Below are positions 47,419 through 58,378 of a stretch of 64,000 nucleotides of DNA, in pieces. Position 1 is the stretch's first letter. Each line of letters begins with the position of its first letter. The stretch comes from Acidobacteriia bacterium UBA6623 (GTDB taxonomy: Bacteria > Acidobacteriota > Terriglobia > Bryobacterales > UBA6623): contig DJHJ01000014.1 in assembly GCA_002433055.1 (NCBI GenBank), positions 191,414 through 255,413 on the forward strand, written 5' to 3'. Under the pieces are notes generated by a model. That model worked only from the letters and a program-made list of their open reading frames with translations, was not told the origin of the DNA and made no database searches. The position numbers and the translations under genes were made by a program.

Positions 47419-48129
47419 TTATAACCTGTCAACTATTGCGGCAGTTTTGGCGATTTGCGTCAAATAATCGTCAAAGAGGGAGTGAATCTCTCTAGCATTA
47501 AATCGCTCTACACCTTGACGAACTCCCAGAATCAACTCGAAAGACTTCGATGAAATGGCAAACTGTTCTGAGGCTTGCTGAAAAATTTCATATTTTGTGG
47601 CGGGAGGTTGATTACCTGCCAGTATAAGCGCGTGACGAATCAGCGTGGCAAAACTTGGTAGTGATTCGACGAGTAGTCGCATCAGTTTGCGGCGATCACC
47701 CTGAGCTGCTACATAGTGTTCGCGTAGTCGGAGTAGGCGGGATCGCAACTCGTGCTCAACCTGATGCCGGTGATGCAAGGGGTCGACTTGTATATTGGCG
47801 ACGACATCTTCGCCATGAAGAACTCGATACACAGTGCTGATATCTAAAAATTCTATCGCGAAAGCATCATGAGCATTCTTAACTTCTTCACGCGATAGAA
47901 AGATAGGAGTCGATTGTCTTTTCTTTGACCACCAGCGAATGGCTTTGTTAACTTTTCGCAGTTCGCTAGATCCGACACGGTCCAGTACGCATAACACATT
48001 CAAATCTGAAACTTTTTTTTGATGGTCGCCTGCTGCTGTTGACCCGTAAAGGACTACGCTGACCAAATTGGCACCTAATGCTTCGACTAGATGTTCGACA
48101 AGATGTTCGAGAAGTTGATCGTTCGTCAT
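47419..48129 (-). CDS. Pol-beta-superfamily nucleotidyltransferase-domain protein with C-terminal helical domain
   Basis: VVLYGSTAAGDHQKKVSDLNVLCVL fits hG[GS]x9-13Dh[DE]h except that the second acidic position is Asn. About 130 aa of helical C-terminal region follows. Confidence 0.65.
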   Translation of the reverse strand: MTNDQLLEHLVEHLVEALGANLVSVVLYGSTAAGDHQKKVSDLNVLCVLDRVGSSELRKVNKAIRWWSKKRQSTPIFLSREEVKNAHDAFAIEFLDISTVYRVLHGEDVVANIQVDPLHHRHQVEHELRSRLLRLREHYVAAQGDRRKLMRLLVESLPSFATLIRHALILAGNQPPATKYEIFQQASEQFAISSKSFELILGVRQGVERFNAREIHSLFDDYLTQIAKTAAIVDRL

Positions 48130-48155
48130 TTAAATCCTATCCGAGGACTGGAGAC

Positions 48156-48974
48156 TTACCAACTGCCAGAAGCCCCTCCACCTCCAAAACTACCACCACT
48201 GAACCCGCCGAAACCACCGCTACTGAAACCTCCTCCACGGCCACCTCCGAACCCACCACCTAGGCCACCACCTAGTATCCCACCCAGTATCCAGGCACTT
48301 GCCATATGGCCTCCGTACCACCCATTGGAAACTCTACGTCTGGCGAACAAGAAAGGCAGGAAAAAGATCATCGGCCAAAGACCGAACATGCTCCGTGGGC
48401 GCCTTCGGCGAGGTGTATGTTGTTCAGATATTGGAGAGCCGGTTAGCGTGACCCCCGCGTCTGTTGCCACTATTTGCGCGATCTGTATAAAGCCGACCGC
48501 AACCGCTCGATCGTAGTCAGCACTCATCAGAGCAGGACGCATTTTTTCTCGGATTTGTCCGGCAAGTCCATCAGGGATGATAGGCTCAAGTCCGTAGCCA
48601 ATCTCGATACGCATCTTACGGTCATCGATAGCTAATAGCATCAATGCACCACGACTCTCTGTGCCTCCTATGCCCCATTTTTCTGCCAATATGTTGGCGT
48701 AGTTTTCTACCGAGTCGCCTTCGAGCGATGTGATGACAGCAACTGCGACTTCTGTCTGTGTCTTGTTTTTCAGTTCGCTAGCAATGATGTCGAGTTGCTG
48801 TATGATTTGTGTGCTAAGTACACCTGCATAATCATTGACAAACCCGGTTGGTTTCGGAAATGACTCTTGAGCAGTCAGTGGTAGATACAACCAGGAAGCA
48901 CAAATCACTGACAGCACGATGCACAGAATCGTCCACTTGATTGAAAACCGCAAATGGGAACAAAAACAATTCAT
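48156..48974 (-). CDS. TPM-domain (YgcG-like) membrane protein with Gly-rich tail
   Basis: The signal/TM is followed by the TPM block GFVNDYAGVLS...EVAVAVITSLEG.S.E.YA....EKWGIG......GALMLLAIDDRKMRIEIGYGLE. A TM segment and a GGGFGGGRGGGFSSGGFGG tail come next. Confidence 0.85.
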   Translation of the reverse strand: MNCFCSHLRFSIKWTILCIVLSVICASWLYLPLTAQESFPKPTGFVNDYAGVLSTQIIQQLDIIASELKNKTQTEVAVAVITSLEGDSVENYANILAEKWGIGGTESRGALMLLAIDDRKMRIEIGYGLEPIIPDGLAGQIREKMRPALMSADYDRAVAVGFIQIAQIVATDAGVTLTGSPISEQHTPRRRRPRSMFGLWPMIFFLPFLFARRRVSNGWYGGHMASAWILGGILGGGLGGGFGGGRGGGFSSGGFGGFSGGSFGGGGASGSW

Positions 48975-49202
48975 CGCAATCTCAGGATACCAATTGATTT
49001 AAGACATTCTCGGATGGAAAGCTGCGTGCTATGTTGACTGCTGACTATTCAGCAGTGGAGTTCGGCACGGTATTCTTAAGATTGGCTGCTCTGATGTTGC
49101 TGATGACTCATGAATGGAAGCTGCTGTAGTTACTAATACAGTTGTCTGTCTTTGTGATGTCCAGATTGATAAACTTGCGAAACCGGGGGTCTAAGTGAGG
49201 GT

Positions 49203-50636
49203 ATGACTGAGTTATTTCGCTGTTCTGCAACCGAGTTGGCTCGTCTCATGCGGAACAAAGTAGTAAGCCCTGTCGACGTTATTAAATCCCATCTCGCCCG
49301 CATTGAACAGGTCAACCCTATCCTCAATGCAATTACTGACTTTCAGGCTGACCGAGCTCTAAAACAAGCCCGGCATGCTGAGAAAAAGATCATGATGAAG
49401 GACTCTGTCGGTCGACTGCAAGGTGTTCCGTTGACGATCAAGAGTTCCATCGAGGTAGAAGGTTTTCGTTGCGAGTGTGGAACGAAAATTCGCAAAGGCA
49501 TTGTTGCCCAAAGAGATGCAACGGTTGTCAGCAGTTTAAAAGATGCTGGTGCGATCATTCTTGGAACCACCAATGTGCCTGAATTTCTTATGGCCTATGA
49601 GAGTGACAATTATCTTTATGGTCGTACCAATAACCCGTGGAATCTCGACTATACCGCTGGTGGTTCGAGTGGTGGTGAGGCGGCCGCCATCGCTTCAGGA
49701 TGTTCTGCAGGTGGTTATGGCAGTGATGGCGGTGGGTCGGTTCGCATTCCAGCCCACTTCACTGGTATTTGCGGCCTGAAGCCGACACCTGGTGTTATCC
49801 CACGCACAGGACACTGGCCGGCCTGTTTGGGGCCTTCCGCTTTCTTAGGTTTGATTGGCCCAATGGCTCGTACTGTGGAAGATGTTCGATTATTACTTGA
49901 AGTTGCTGCAGGAGTCGAATATCACGATCCATCAGCTACACCGGTTGAGATGCACCCTCCGAGCGAGAAAGAGTTACGCACTGTCAAAATTGGGTGGTTT
50001 TCCGACGATGAAACTCATCCCGTCACGCCGGAAACCAGTCTAGCTATTGAAAATGTAGCGAAAGTGCTGAAAAAACAAGGTTTTGCCATTGAACAAATTA
50101 AACTCACAGGCATTGAACAGGCCTCCAAACTCTGGTGGATACTGTTCGGTGTCGTGGCTGCCACAGCACTCAAACCAATTACTGCCGGTCGAGAAGATGA
50201 ATTGCATCCGCTCTCTCAAACTCTTATTGCCACCGAAGAAGAAACCAAACAAATGAGCTACGAAAGTTTCCTAGATGCTTGGGTTAACCGAGATCGCTTG
50301 CGAGCGAAGCTACTCGGACAGATGGAAGAATATAGAGTTTTGATTTGTCCAGCGTCGTCGATTCCAGCGTTTAGGCACGGTGAGCGTTCCTGGCATCTTT
50401 CAGGGCAACAAGTACATTACCCCGAACCCTTTGTCTATTCACAAATCTTTAATCTACTTGGAAACCCTTGTGCAGTTGTTCCTGCGGGGCGCTCCTCTGA
50501 GGGTTTACCTATAGGAGTACAGGTTGTGGGACGTCCATTTGAGGACGAAATGACCCTTTCTATAGCCTCTGTTATCGAGCAGGCCTTGGGAGGGAGCGCT
50601 ATGCCACCTGAAAAATTTCTCACCAGTCTGGTTTAA
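49203..50636 (+). CDS. Amidase-signature family amidase
   Basis: GGSSGGEAAAIASG...GSDGGGSVRIPA amidase-signature sequence. 477 aa. Confidence 0.85.
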   Translation: MTELFRCSATELARLMRNKVVSPVDVIKSHLARIEQVNPILNAITDFQADRALKQARHAEKKIMMKDSVGRLQGVPLTIKSSIEVEGFRCECGTKIRKGIVAQRDATVVSSLKDAGAIILGTTNVPEFLMAYESDNYLYGRTNNPWNLDYTAGGSSGGEAAAIASGCSAGGYGSDGGGSVRIPAHFTGICGLKPTPGVIPRTGHWPACLGPSAFLGLIGPMARTVEDVRLLLEVAAGVEYHDPSATPVEMHPPSEKELRTVKIGWFSDDETHPVTPETSLAIENVAKVLKKQGFAIEQIKLTGIEQASKLWWILFGVVAATALKPITAGREDELHPLSQTLIATEEETKQMSYESFLDAWVNRDRLRAKLLGQMEEYRVLICPASSIPAFRHGERSWHLSGQQVHYPEPFVYSQIFNLLGNPCAVVPAGRSSEGLPIGVQVVGRPFEDEMTLSIASVIEQALGGSAMPPEKFLTSLV

Positions 50637-50727
50637 GCCGGGTTGCTAGATCAGCCTACCCATGTTGGATAGCCGCCTCCTGGCCATCTCTATACCAAAA
50701 GGCAGAAACAGATTCAGCCAAAACGCA

Positions 50728-50754
50728 ACATGCACCTCCGGAGAAGGTGCATGT
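50728..50754 (-). terminator. Possible intrinsic terminator hairpin between convergent genes
   Basis: Perfect 10-bp inverted repeat ACATGCACCT / AGGTGCATGT with a 7-nt loop. On the minus strand it is followed by TGCGTTTTGG, a short U-run, downstream of the 50832-51140 gene. Confidence 0.4.
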
Positions 50755-50831
50755 CACATCTAAAGCTGTCATCACACTGGTCATAAATGGCACGAAAGAA
50801 TGTATCGCGCTTTTCTCCAGTGGAGAGAAAT

Positions 50832-51140
50832 CTACATCTTCAGAGAATCTATGTGAATGCTATCTCCGTCGATTTTGCCGGTCACGGTAACCTTATGTCC
50901 TGCATGTCCCTTCGCGGCATCTTGATTGTGGATCTTGTAGACGCTCTTATCTGAATCATTAACGAAGACCAGAGGTTGTCCGCTATCTGCACAACCCTTG
51001 GCGCAGCCAGCATGACTTTCTTTTGCACCATTAGCTCCGCATTTCGCATCTACTATCCAACCAACCTTTGCGTGATGGCCTGCCAACGCAACGCCCGCAA
51101 CTAGGGCTACTAACATCACTAAAACTGAGATTTTCTTCAT
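50832..51140 (-). CDS. Small secreted Cys/His-rich protein (102 aa), function unknown
   Basis: Signal peptide MKKISVLVMLVALVAGVALA. The mature part has a C-X11-C-X3-C pattern (KCGANGAKESHAGCAKGCADSG) and seven His. Confidence 0.6.
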   Translation of the reverse strand: MKKISVLVMLVALVAGVALAGHHAKVGWIVDAKCGANGAKESHAGCAKGCADSGQPLVFVNDSDKSVYKIHNQDAAKGHAGHKVTVTGKIDGDSIHIDSLKM

Positions 51141-51253
51141 TTCTTTTCTCCTAAAAATTCAGGTCACAGCGGTCTCAAAAAACTCCAATAATGGGATTAT
51201 TATAGCCATACCAAGGCTGAAGAGCAACCGTGCAGACTCGAGGGTATTGTTCT

Positions 51254-52222
<969 letters not shown>

Positions 52223-52258
52223 TCATGACCATGCAGGATCGCCCGAAAACGGCAGCAG

Positions 52259-53494
52259 TTAATCTGTCATGTGGTTAATAATCTCTTCTGCAAATTCACT
52301 AGTCTTCACTTTAGTTGCACCTTCCATCAAGCGATGTAAATCGTACGTGACGGTTTTAGCAGCAATAGCTTCTGTGATACCCCTTTCGATGTGTTCGGCA
52401 GCATCTTGCCATCCCATGAAACGAAACATCATCGCACCTGATAGGATCACACTGCTAGGGTTGATAACATCTTTGTCGGCATATTTGGGCGCAGTTCCAT
52501 GTGTTGCTTCAAAAACACCATATTCGTCACCAATATTGGCCCCTGGCGCCATGCCTAGTCCGCCGACTTGGGCAGCACAAGCATCGGACAGGTAGTCGCC
52601 ATTGAGGTTTGTCGTGGCGATGACGTCGTATTCAGCCGGTCGCAGAAGAAGTTGCTGAAACATCGAATCGGCAATACGGTCTTTAATTAGGATTTTCCCC
52701 TCGGGGATGTCACCGTCGAGATCATTTTCTGCGACGATGAGATCTGCGAATTCATCTCGGGCCAGTTCATAACCCCAATCACAAAACGCACCTTCTGTGA
52801 ATTTCTGAATATTGCCTTTATGTACAAGAGTTACACTCTTTCTCTTGTTGTCGATAGCGTACTGAATAGCGCGGCGCACCAGGCGTTTCGAACCCGTGAT
52901 GCTGATGGGTTTGATACCAACACCGGAATCCTCACGGATGCTTTTCCCCATTTCATTGTTCAGAAAATCAATCAACTTAGTAACTTCATTTGTTCCTTGG
53001 CTCCATTCGATACCAGCATAGACATCCTCTGTATTTTCACGGAATATGACGACGTCAAGCTTTTCAGGTTCTTTTACGGGAGAAGGTACTCCTGCAAAGT
53101 AACGTACCGGCCTCATGCATACATATAGGGTTAACAGCTGACGCAGCGCAACGTTAAGGCTCCGAATGCCACCGCCAACTGGTGTCGTTAGCGGTCCTTT
53201 AATGGCTATGTGGAAATGTTTGATCGCAGCTAATGTGTCTTCGGGCAGCCAGCTTTGAAACTGGTTGTAGGCCTTTTCGCCTGCAAAGATTTCATACCAG
53301 GTGATCTTTTTTCTGCCACTGTAGGCCGCTTCGACGGCTGCATTAAATACCTTTCGTGAGGCCTTCCAGATATCACGGCCTGTGCCGTCACCCTCAATAA
53401 ACGGAATGATCGGGTTGTTGGGGATGACAAACTTACCGTTGAGTACTTCAATCGTTTCGCCATCTGAAGGTATAGGAAGATTATTGAACGTCAT
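52259..53494 (-). CDS. icd: NADP-dependent isocitrate dehydrogenase
   Basis: [32 protein letters not shown] and HGTAPKYA blocks. 411 aa. Confidence 0.94.
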   Translation of the reverse strand: MTFNNLPIPSDGETIEVLNGKFVIPNNPIIPFIEGDGTGRDIWKASRKVFNAAVEAAYSGRKKITWYEIFAGEKAYNQFQSWLPEDTLAAIKHFHIAIKGPLTTPVGGGIRSLNVALRQLLTLYVCMRPVRYFAGVPSPVKEPEKLDVVIFRENTEDVYAGIEWSQGTNEVTKLIDFLNNEMGKSIREDSGVGIKPISITGSKRLVRRAIQYAIDNKRKSVTLVHKGNIQKFTEGAFCDWGYELARDEFADLIVAENDLDGDIPEGKILIKDRIADSMFQQLLLRPAEYDVIATTNLNGDYLSDACAAQVGGLGMAPGANIGDEYGVFEATHGTAPKYADKDVINPSSVILSGAMMFRFMGWQDAAEHIERGITEAIAAKTVTYDLHRLMEGATKVKTSEFAEEIINHMTD

Positions 53495-53855
53495 ACAGTT
53501 GCCCTACTCGCTCATTCCAAACAATTCTGTTTGTTGACACGAAGTTTCTTTTGGTTACGCGGACCGAGCACGATTCGCGGGTAAGGCTGGTAGTGCTGAC
53601 ACCACAATCGCACTCCCCAAGAGGAGCTCCCACGCCTTAATAAAACCAACTATGAATGTAGCAAGCTGTCGTCGAGCCGGCAATGTGTGCATTCATTGAC
53701 TAGGCTCTGATTGCCTAGCTGAGGAATTCCACAAGTGATGATGTCTAGTGGGTAGTAGAACTGATAGCTAGCGTCTTTAGGGTGAGAAGTTGCCAGAAAA
53801 CTCTGGCGTTTGTGTTACCTGGGGCTTGATGTCGGCGAGGATCAGCGTGCCATTT

Positions 53856-55064
53856 TCAGTTGATCGAAGGTTCACCGTTGGATTTTTCAGGTTGAAAAGC
53901 TTCATGAATCTTTGAGATGGCTCGAGAAATATCGAGGGTGTCTTCACTGCTTCCTGCGAGAGCACGGTGTGAAATCCAAAATGAGTCTTTGGTGGCAAAT
54001 TCAGCTTCCGGACATGGTTCCACTCGATGTAGAGGTGATTCGGGTTCGGTGTAGAGTGAATTCTTATAGAGCGGATGAGGGTAAAACGGACGACAAGGGA
54101 TTCCTTCAGCTTCCATAGCCTTAACGAATTCGTCTCTGTTGACACCAAAGGTTTTTTCGTCGATACGTCCGACCAGTAGGTAGAAGCTGTGTGCGGTTAC
54201 AGAATCGGGTTGCACTTGGAAACTGATGCCCGGTGTGCATACTGTATCGCGTAGAATCTCGACGTTTTCTTCACGTAGGTGTATGCGCTCGGTTAGTTTT
54301 TGAAGTTGTGCCGACAGCAAAGCCGCTTGGAACGCTGTCATGCGGAAGTTGGAGCCGAGTTCAAAATGATTGAACCAACCTTCTGTCTCACGCCGGCCCC
54401 CGTCGTTGACCGAACGCGCCTGGATTGCTAGTTCTTCGCTGTTAGTGGTAAGAATACCCCCTTCTCCTGCTGTCATAGTTTTTGAGTTCTGAAAACTGAA
54501 GGTTCCACAAAGTCCGAAGCTGCCGACTCGTTGTCCGTGCCATTCTGCACCATGAGCATGAGCGGCGTCTTCAATAATCACAAGCTTATGATCTTGGGAT
54601 ATTTTCCCGATACGGTCCATGTCAACCGGCAACCCCCCAAAATGTACAACAATTGCAGCACGGGTGCGGTCAGTGATGGCAAGGTTCATTCTTTCGGCAT
54701 CGATGCCATACGAATTGTGCTCTATGTCGACGAATACGGGAACAGCACGTACGCGGGATACAGCTGTTGCAGTGGCGACAAAACTGTGAGCAGGCACGAT
54801 GACCTCGTCACCTTCTCCAATGCCGGCTGCAGTGAGGGCTAATTCTAGTGCCAACGTACCTGTAGCGGTTGCTATGCCGTACTTGCAATCATGCATGCCC
54901 GCGAACAGAGTTTCGAATTGTGCAACGGTTTTTCCATGACCACCCCATTGTTGAGACGATAGAACCTCGGTGAGTTGATCTCGCTCCAATTGTTCAGCAG
55001 CAGGCCAAGAAGGGTATGGTTTTTCCCGGACTGGTGTCCCTCCATATAGTGCTAGGTTATTCAT
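53856..55064 (-). CDS. DegT/DnrJ/EryC1/StrS-family PLP aminotransferase
   Basis: The protein from Met 55064 reads MNNLALYGGTPVR...ATGTLALELAL...IIEDAAHAHGA...SFQNSKTMTAGEGG, with the PLP Lys in SKTMT. The upstream extension to 55217 is probably untranslated. Confidence 0.85.
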   Translation of the reverse strand: MNNLALYGGTPVREKPYPSWPAAEQLERDQLTEVLSSQQWGGHGKTVAQFETLFAGMHDCKYGIATATGTLALELALTAAGIGEGDEVIVPAHSFVATATAVSRVRAVPVFVDIEHNSYGIDAERMNLAITDRTRAAIVVHFGGLPVDMDRIGKISQDHKLVIIEDAAHAHGAEWHGQRVGSFGLCGTFSFQNSKTMTAGEGGILTTNSEELAIQARSVNDGGRRETEGWFNHFELGSNFRMTAFQAALLSAQLQKLTERIHLREENVEILRDTVCTPGISFQVQPDSVTAHSFYLLVGRIDEKTFGVNRDEFVKAMEAEGIPCRPFYPHPLYKNSLYTEPESPLHRVEPCPEAEFATKDSFWISHRALAGSSEDTLDISRAISKIHEAFQPEKSNGEPSIN

Positions 55065-55257
55065 TGTTTTTGGCCGAAATAAAATTCGCTCGCCTGTCCA
55101 TAGCATAGGCGATTCTAAGCAAACATTACGGAGTGGACTACACAGGGCCATCCAATTTCTACTGGTTTCTGGCAGTTGATCGAATTCTGAAGAAATGATT
55201 TTCAGATTTTTGATCACTCCACTAGCAATTTAGAATTGTGTCGGCTAGAATCTTCAC

Positions 55258-56187
55258 GTGGCGATTGGCAAAGCCGCTGATACATTTACTCGCACGGAGG
55301 TGCGACGCATCCTAAAGATCACCGAGAATCGTCTGAGATCTTGGGAGAGGTTGGGATTTTGTGCGCGTCCCGATAGGTACCAGTTTGTTGATCTGATTGC
55401 TCTCAAAACGCTTCAGAAACTCCGTGAGAATCACATCCCCAATCACCGTATCAAAGCGTCCCTTACGTCACTTACTGAGAAACTTGCTGAAATAAAGCGA
55501 CCACTTTGGGAGCTAAGGATCACTTCGAATGGTCGCAAAGTGGCTGTGGAGCTGCCTGGCGGCAAAATGGAAGCAATGACGGGGCAGATGCTTTTCAATT
55601 TTGATGCTGCGTCCCTGCGTTCCGTATCTGCACTGAGAAAAGATGCCGCAAGGTCTGATGCTGCAAAACTGAGTGAGGCCGAGTATTGGTTTCAGCAGGG
55701 TCTCGAATTGGAAGAAGCCGGCGAGTCCCTGGTTCGAGCCACCGAGACTTATAAGAGAGCACTCGAATTGAATCCAAAGGCCGCTGGCGCTTGGGTCAAC
55801 ATCGGCACAATTTACTATCGTCAAGGATCTATCGAGCAGGCCGAAGGTTGTTATCGTCAAGCACTAAAGATTTGGCCAGATTATGCGCTGGCACATTTTA
55901 ACTTGGGTAATGTTTGTGAAGAACTAGGTAAACTCAACGATGCCATTAAGCACTATGTTTTAGCGTTACAAAGCCAGTCGGATTATGCTGATGCCCACTA
56001 CAATCTGGCATTGGTTTATGAGCGAGCAGGTCAACTTATGCCCGCTGCTAAACAATGGAAATCCTACCTTAAAATAGACCCCACCAGTCCTTGGGCTGGA
56101 ATTGCTCGAGAGCAATTGAAGAGGTTGCTGAAAATAACCCCAGGGGGCCGCTTCACTAGTAACAGTAAGAAGCGGAAGAGTAGATAG
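55258..56187 (+). CDS. MerR-type HTH domain fused to TPR repeats
   Basis: The N-terminal FTRTEVRRILKITENRLRSWERLGF is a MerR-like HTH. The C-terminal half has repeated TPR units: YKRALELNPKAAGAW.N.G, YRQALKIWPDYALAHFNLG, YVLALQSQSDYADAHYNLA. Confidence 0.7.
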   Translation: MAIGKAADTFTRTEVRRILKITENRLRSWERLGFCARPDRYQFVDLIALKTLQKLRENHIPNHRIKASLTSLTEKLAEIKRPLWELRITSNGRKVAVELPGGKMEAMTGQMLFNFDAASLRSVSALRKDAARSDAAKLSEAEYWFQQGLELEEAGESLVRATETYKRALELNPKAAGAWVNIGTIYYRQGSIEQAEGCYRQALKIWPDYALAHFNLGNVCEELGKLNDAIKHYVLALQSQSDYADAHYNLALVYERAGQLMPAAKQWKSYLKIDPTSPWAGIAREQLKRLLKITPGGRFTSNSKKRKSR

Positions 56188-56255
56188 TCGCTTGCCTAGA
56201 CGGGTGCGTTGTATTATGTAGGTGCACGCGCGCTTTCGAGTAGGCCCAATCTCTC

Positions 56256-57518
56256 ATGACGACACGAGTCAAGTTTTCGATAATTTCCTGCTCTGTTCTG
56301 TTAACTGCGGTCCTGGTTATTGGCGGTGTGATGGGACAAGAGCCTGCAGCAGAGGGTGCATATCGCCCCTTGCAGGTGTATTCCGACGTTCTGAGGCATA
56401 TCAAAAGCAACTATGTGGAAAATCCAGATATGAGTAAGGTCACCCTAGGTGCTTTACAGGGACTGGTAGAATACCTCGACCCGCTGTCTAGCTACCTCAC
56501 AGCTGATCAATTTAGGCAAGTTACAAGTGCTCGTGAAAATTCCGATCTAGGCACTGGTCTATCGACTGGACTGGTGGTGCATAAACGTACTGGTCACACT
56601 ACTGTTCTGGCTGTACTGCCCGGATCTTCGGCGGAAGGAGTAGGTGTTTGGCCAGGTGATTTAGTAGAAGCAATTGATGGGCTAAGTACGCGAGTGATGC
56701 CCCCGGCTTATCTACACGCTTTGTTGAGTGGCAAGCCTGGAACGAACGTAAAGGTTTTGCTGCGTTCTCTACGTAATTCCGACGAGCCAAAAGAATATCT
56801 TTTAGTACGCGAACAGGTTAAGTTGCCGAGCGTGTCTCGCAAAATTCTTGAACCGGGAATTGGTTACATAGATCTTGATGTCGTCGATAGGGATCGGGTT
56901 GCAGAGGTTGCTGTTGCGGTTAGAGCACTGCATGCCAAAGGAGCCAGGAAGATCATTCTGGACTTACGTAGCAATTCCGTAGGTCAGGTACAAGCAGGTA
57001 TTCCGCTAGCTAATTTATTCCTTAGTAGTGGTGCAATAGTTTCCCTGAAAGGTCGCCAACACAGTGAGGAAAAGTTTGAGGCGGATGTTGATTCTACAGT
57101 AACCGACATACCTTTGGCTTTGATCTCGGATAGGACCACGGCTGGTTCGGCAGAGCTCGTGGCTGCAGCCTTACTCGACAACGATCGAGCACAGTTGGTT
57201 GGAGAACGCACTTACGGACTAGCAGCGTTTCAAAAGACGATCAAGCTTAAGGATGGAGCAGCGTTGATTTTGTCGGTGGCGAAGTATCATCGCCCTGACG
57301 GTGAGGCTCTTCAAGACGGCGGTGTTACACCCAGTCACCCACTGAGCTCTGCCGAATTACGTCGTTACTATGAGTTGCGCTATCCCGCTGACATGGATCT
57401 CTCGCCTTCGTTGCAGCTGAGTCAGCCAGGAGTAAATTCTGTTGACCAAGACCCTTACATACAGAAAGCTCTGGAAGTTCTCAAGGAATCTACCACTCCA
57501 GTGAAAAAGGCTGCTTGA
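56256..57518 (+). CDS. S41 (C-terminal processing peptidase)-family protein with PDZ domain
   Basis: Signal/TM, a PDZ-like GSSAEGVGVWPGDLVEAIDG, then IILDLRSNSVG and TTAGSAELVAAALLDNDRAQLVGERTYG blocks. Confidence 0.75.
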   Translation: MTTRVKFSIISCSVLLTAVLVIGGVMGQEPAAEGAYRPLQVYSDVLRHIKSNYVENPDMSKVTLGALQGLVEYLDPLSSYLTADQFRQVTSARENSDLGTGLSTGLVVHKRTGHTTVLAVLPGSSAEGVGVWPGDLVEAIDGLSTRVMPPAYLHALLSGKPGTNVKVLLRSLRNSDEPKEYLLVREQVKLPSVSRKILEPGIGYIDLDVVDRDRVAEVAVAVRALHAKGARKIILDLRSNSVGQVQAGIPLANLFLSSGAIVSLKGRQHSEEKFEADVDSTVTDIPLALISDRTTAGSAELVAAALLDNDRAQLVGERTYGLAAFQKTIKLKDGAALILSVAKYHRPDGEALQDGGVTPSHPLSSAELRRYYELRYPADMDLSPSLQLSQPGVNSVDQDPYIQKALEVLKESTTPVKKAA

Positions 57519-57586
57519 TTTTTCTGGTGCAGCTGTGTCATCGAGACGTACCACTCGCTAGTTGCAGGACATGTAGATTTTGCCGC

Positions 57587-58321
57587 CTAATCAAAAAATG
57601 AAGCCCAGGTTTTGAGTGGTTCACGATCTGTCACAAGAGTATTCTCGATAGCCTCATTGTCGATGTACCCTAACGCCATACCGCATACTAGAGTTTCATT
57701 GGCCGGCATCTTTAGAAATGTGCTGATGATGCCATGAAATGGGGTGAAGGCCGCCTGAGGACAAGTGTCGAGGCCACGACCCCGTGCTGCGATCATGATA
57801 TTTTCAAGAAACATGCCGTAGTCTAGCCAACTGCCTTTTTCCAGGAGTCGATCTATTGAGAACATCAGACCAACAGGAGCGTCGAAAAACTTATAATTTC
57901 GACGGTGTTGAGCGTGCATTTTGGCTTTGTCGCCCTTTTTTATGCCGAGCAACCCATAAAGATCCCAGCCCACTTTACGTCGGCGTTCAATGTAGGGAGA
58001 GACCCATTTAGTTGGATAATACTGATACTCGGGCTTATGGCGAGCAGCTTCATCTGGATCGTCATAGGCTGCAAGAATTTTCTCGGAAAGGAGAGCTTTC
58101 GTTCTGCCACGCAATACGTAGACGTGCCATGGCTGAGTGTTAGTGCCTGACGGTGCACGGGCGGCGATCTCGAGTATCTCTCGGATTGTTTCCTCCGGCA
58201 CCTCTTGGTTTGTGAAAGCACGTATGGAACGGCGTGAGAGAATTGCTTCGTCAACTGGATTGCGAGTACGTTCGCACATGTGTGGGTATCCTCTTCTTGA
58301 GTGGACCCTATAGTGTCTCAT
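57587..58321 (-). CDS. Nitroreductase-family oxidoreductase
   Basis: AILSRRSIRAF..., APSGTNTQPW blocks. The start may be the internal Met at 58279. Confidence 0.8.
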   Translation of the reverse strand: MRHYRVHSRRGYPHMCERTRNPVDEAILSRRSIRAFTNQEVPEETIREILEIAARAPSGTNTQPWHVYVLRGRTKALLSEKILAAYDDPDEAARHKPEYQYYPTKWVSPYIERRRKVGWDLYGLLGIKKGDKAKMHAQHRRNYKFFDAPVGLMFSIDRLLEKGSWLDYGMFLENIMIAARGRGLDTCPQAAFTPFHGIISTFLKMPANETLVCGMALGYIDNEAIENTLVTDREPLKTWASFFD

Positions 58322-58378
58322 GGGTTGTCAGGTTAAAATTTTGAATTACAGTCACGTTTCGATGCGGGTAACAAATGT

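Noticed and set aside
48091-48516. 141-aa plus-strand ORF with a striking proline-rich run (PPPPKLPPLNPPKPPLLKPPPRPPPNPPPRPPP).
   Set aside because: It is the antisense reading of the GGN-rich codons encoding the Gly-rich tail of the TPM-domain protein on the minus strand. It has no independent start context.
53777-54148. 123-aa minus-strand ORF overlapping the 3' end of the aminotransferase gene.
   Set aside because: It runs out of frame inside a clearly coding DegT-family gene, with no motif and no start context.
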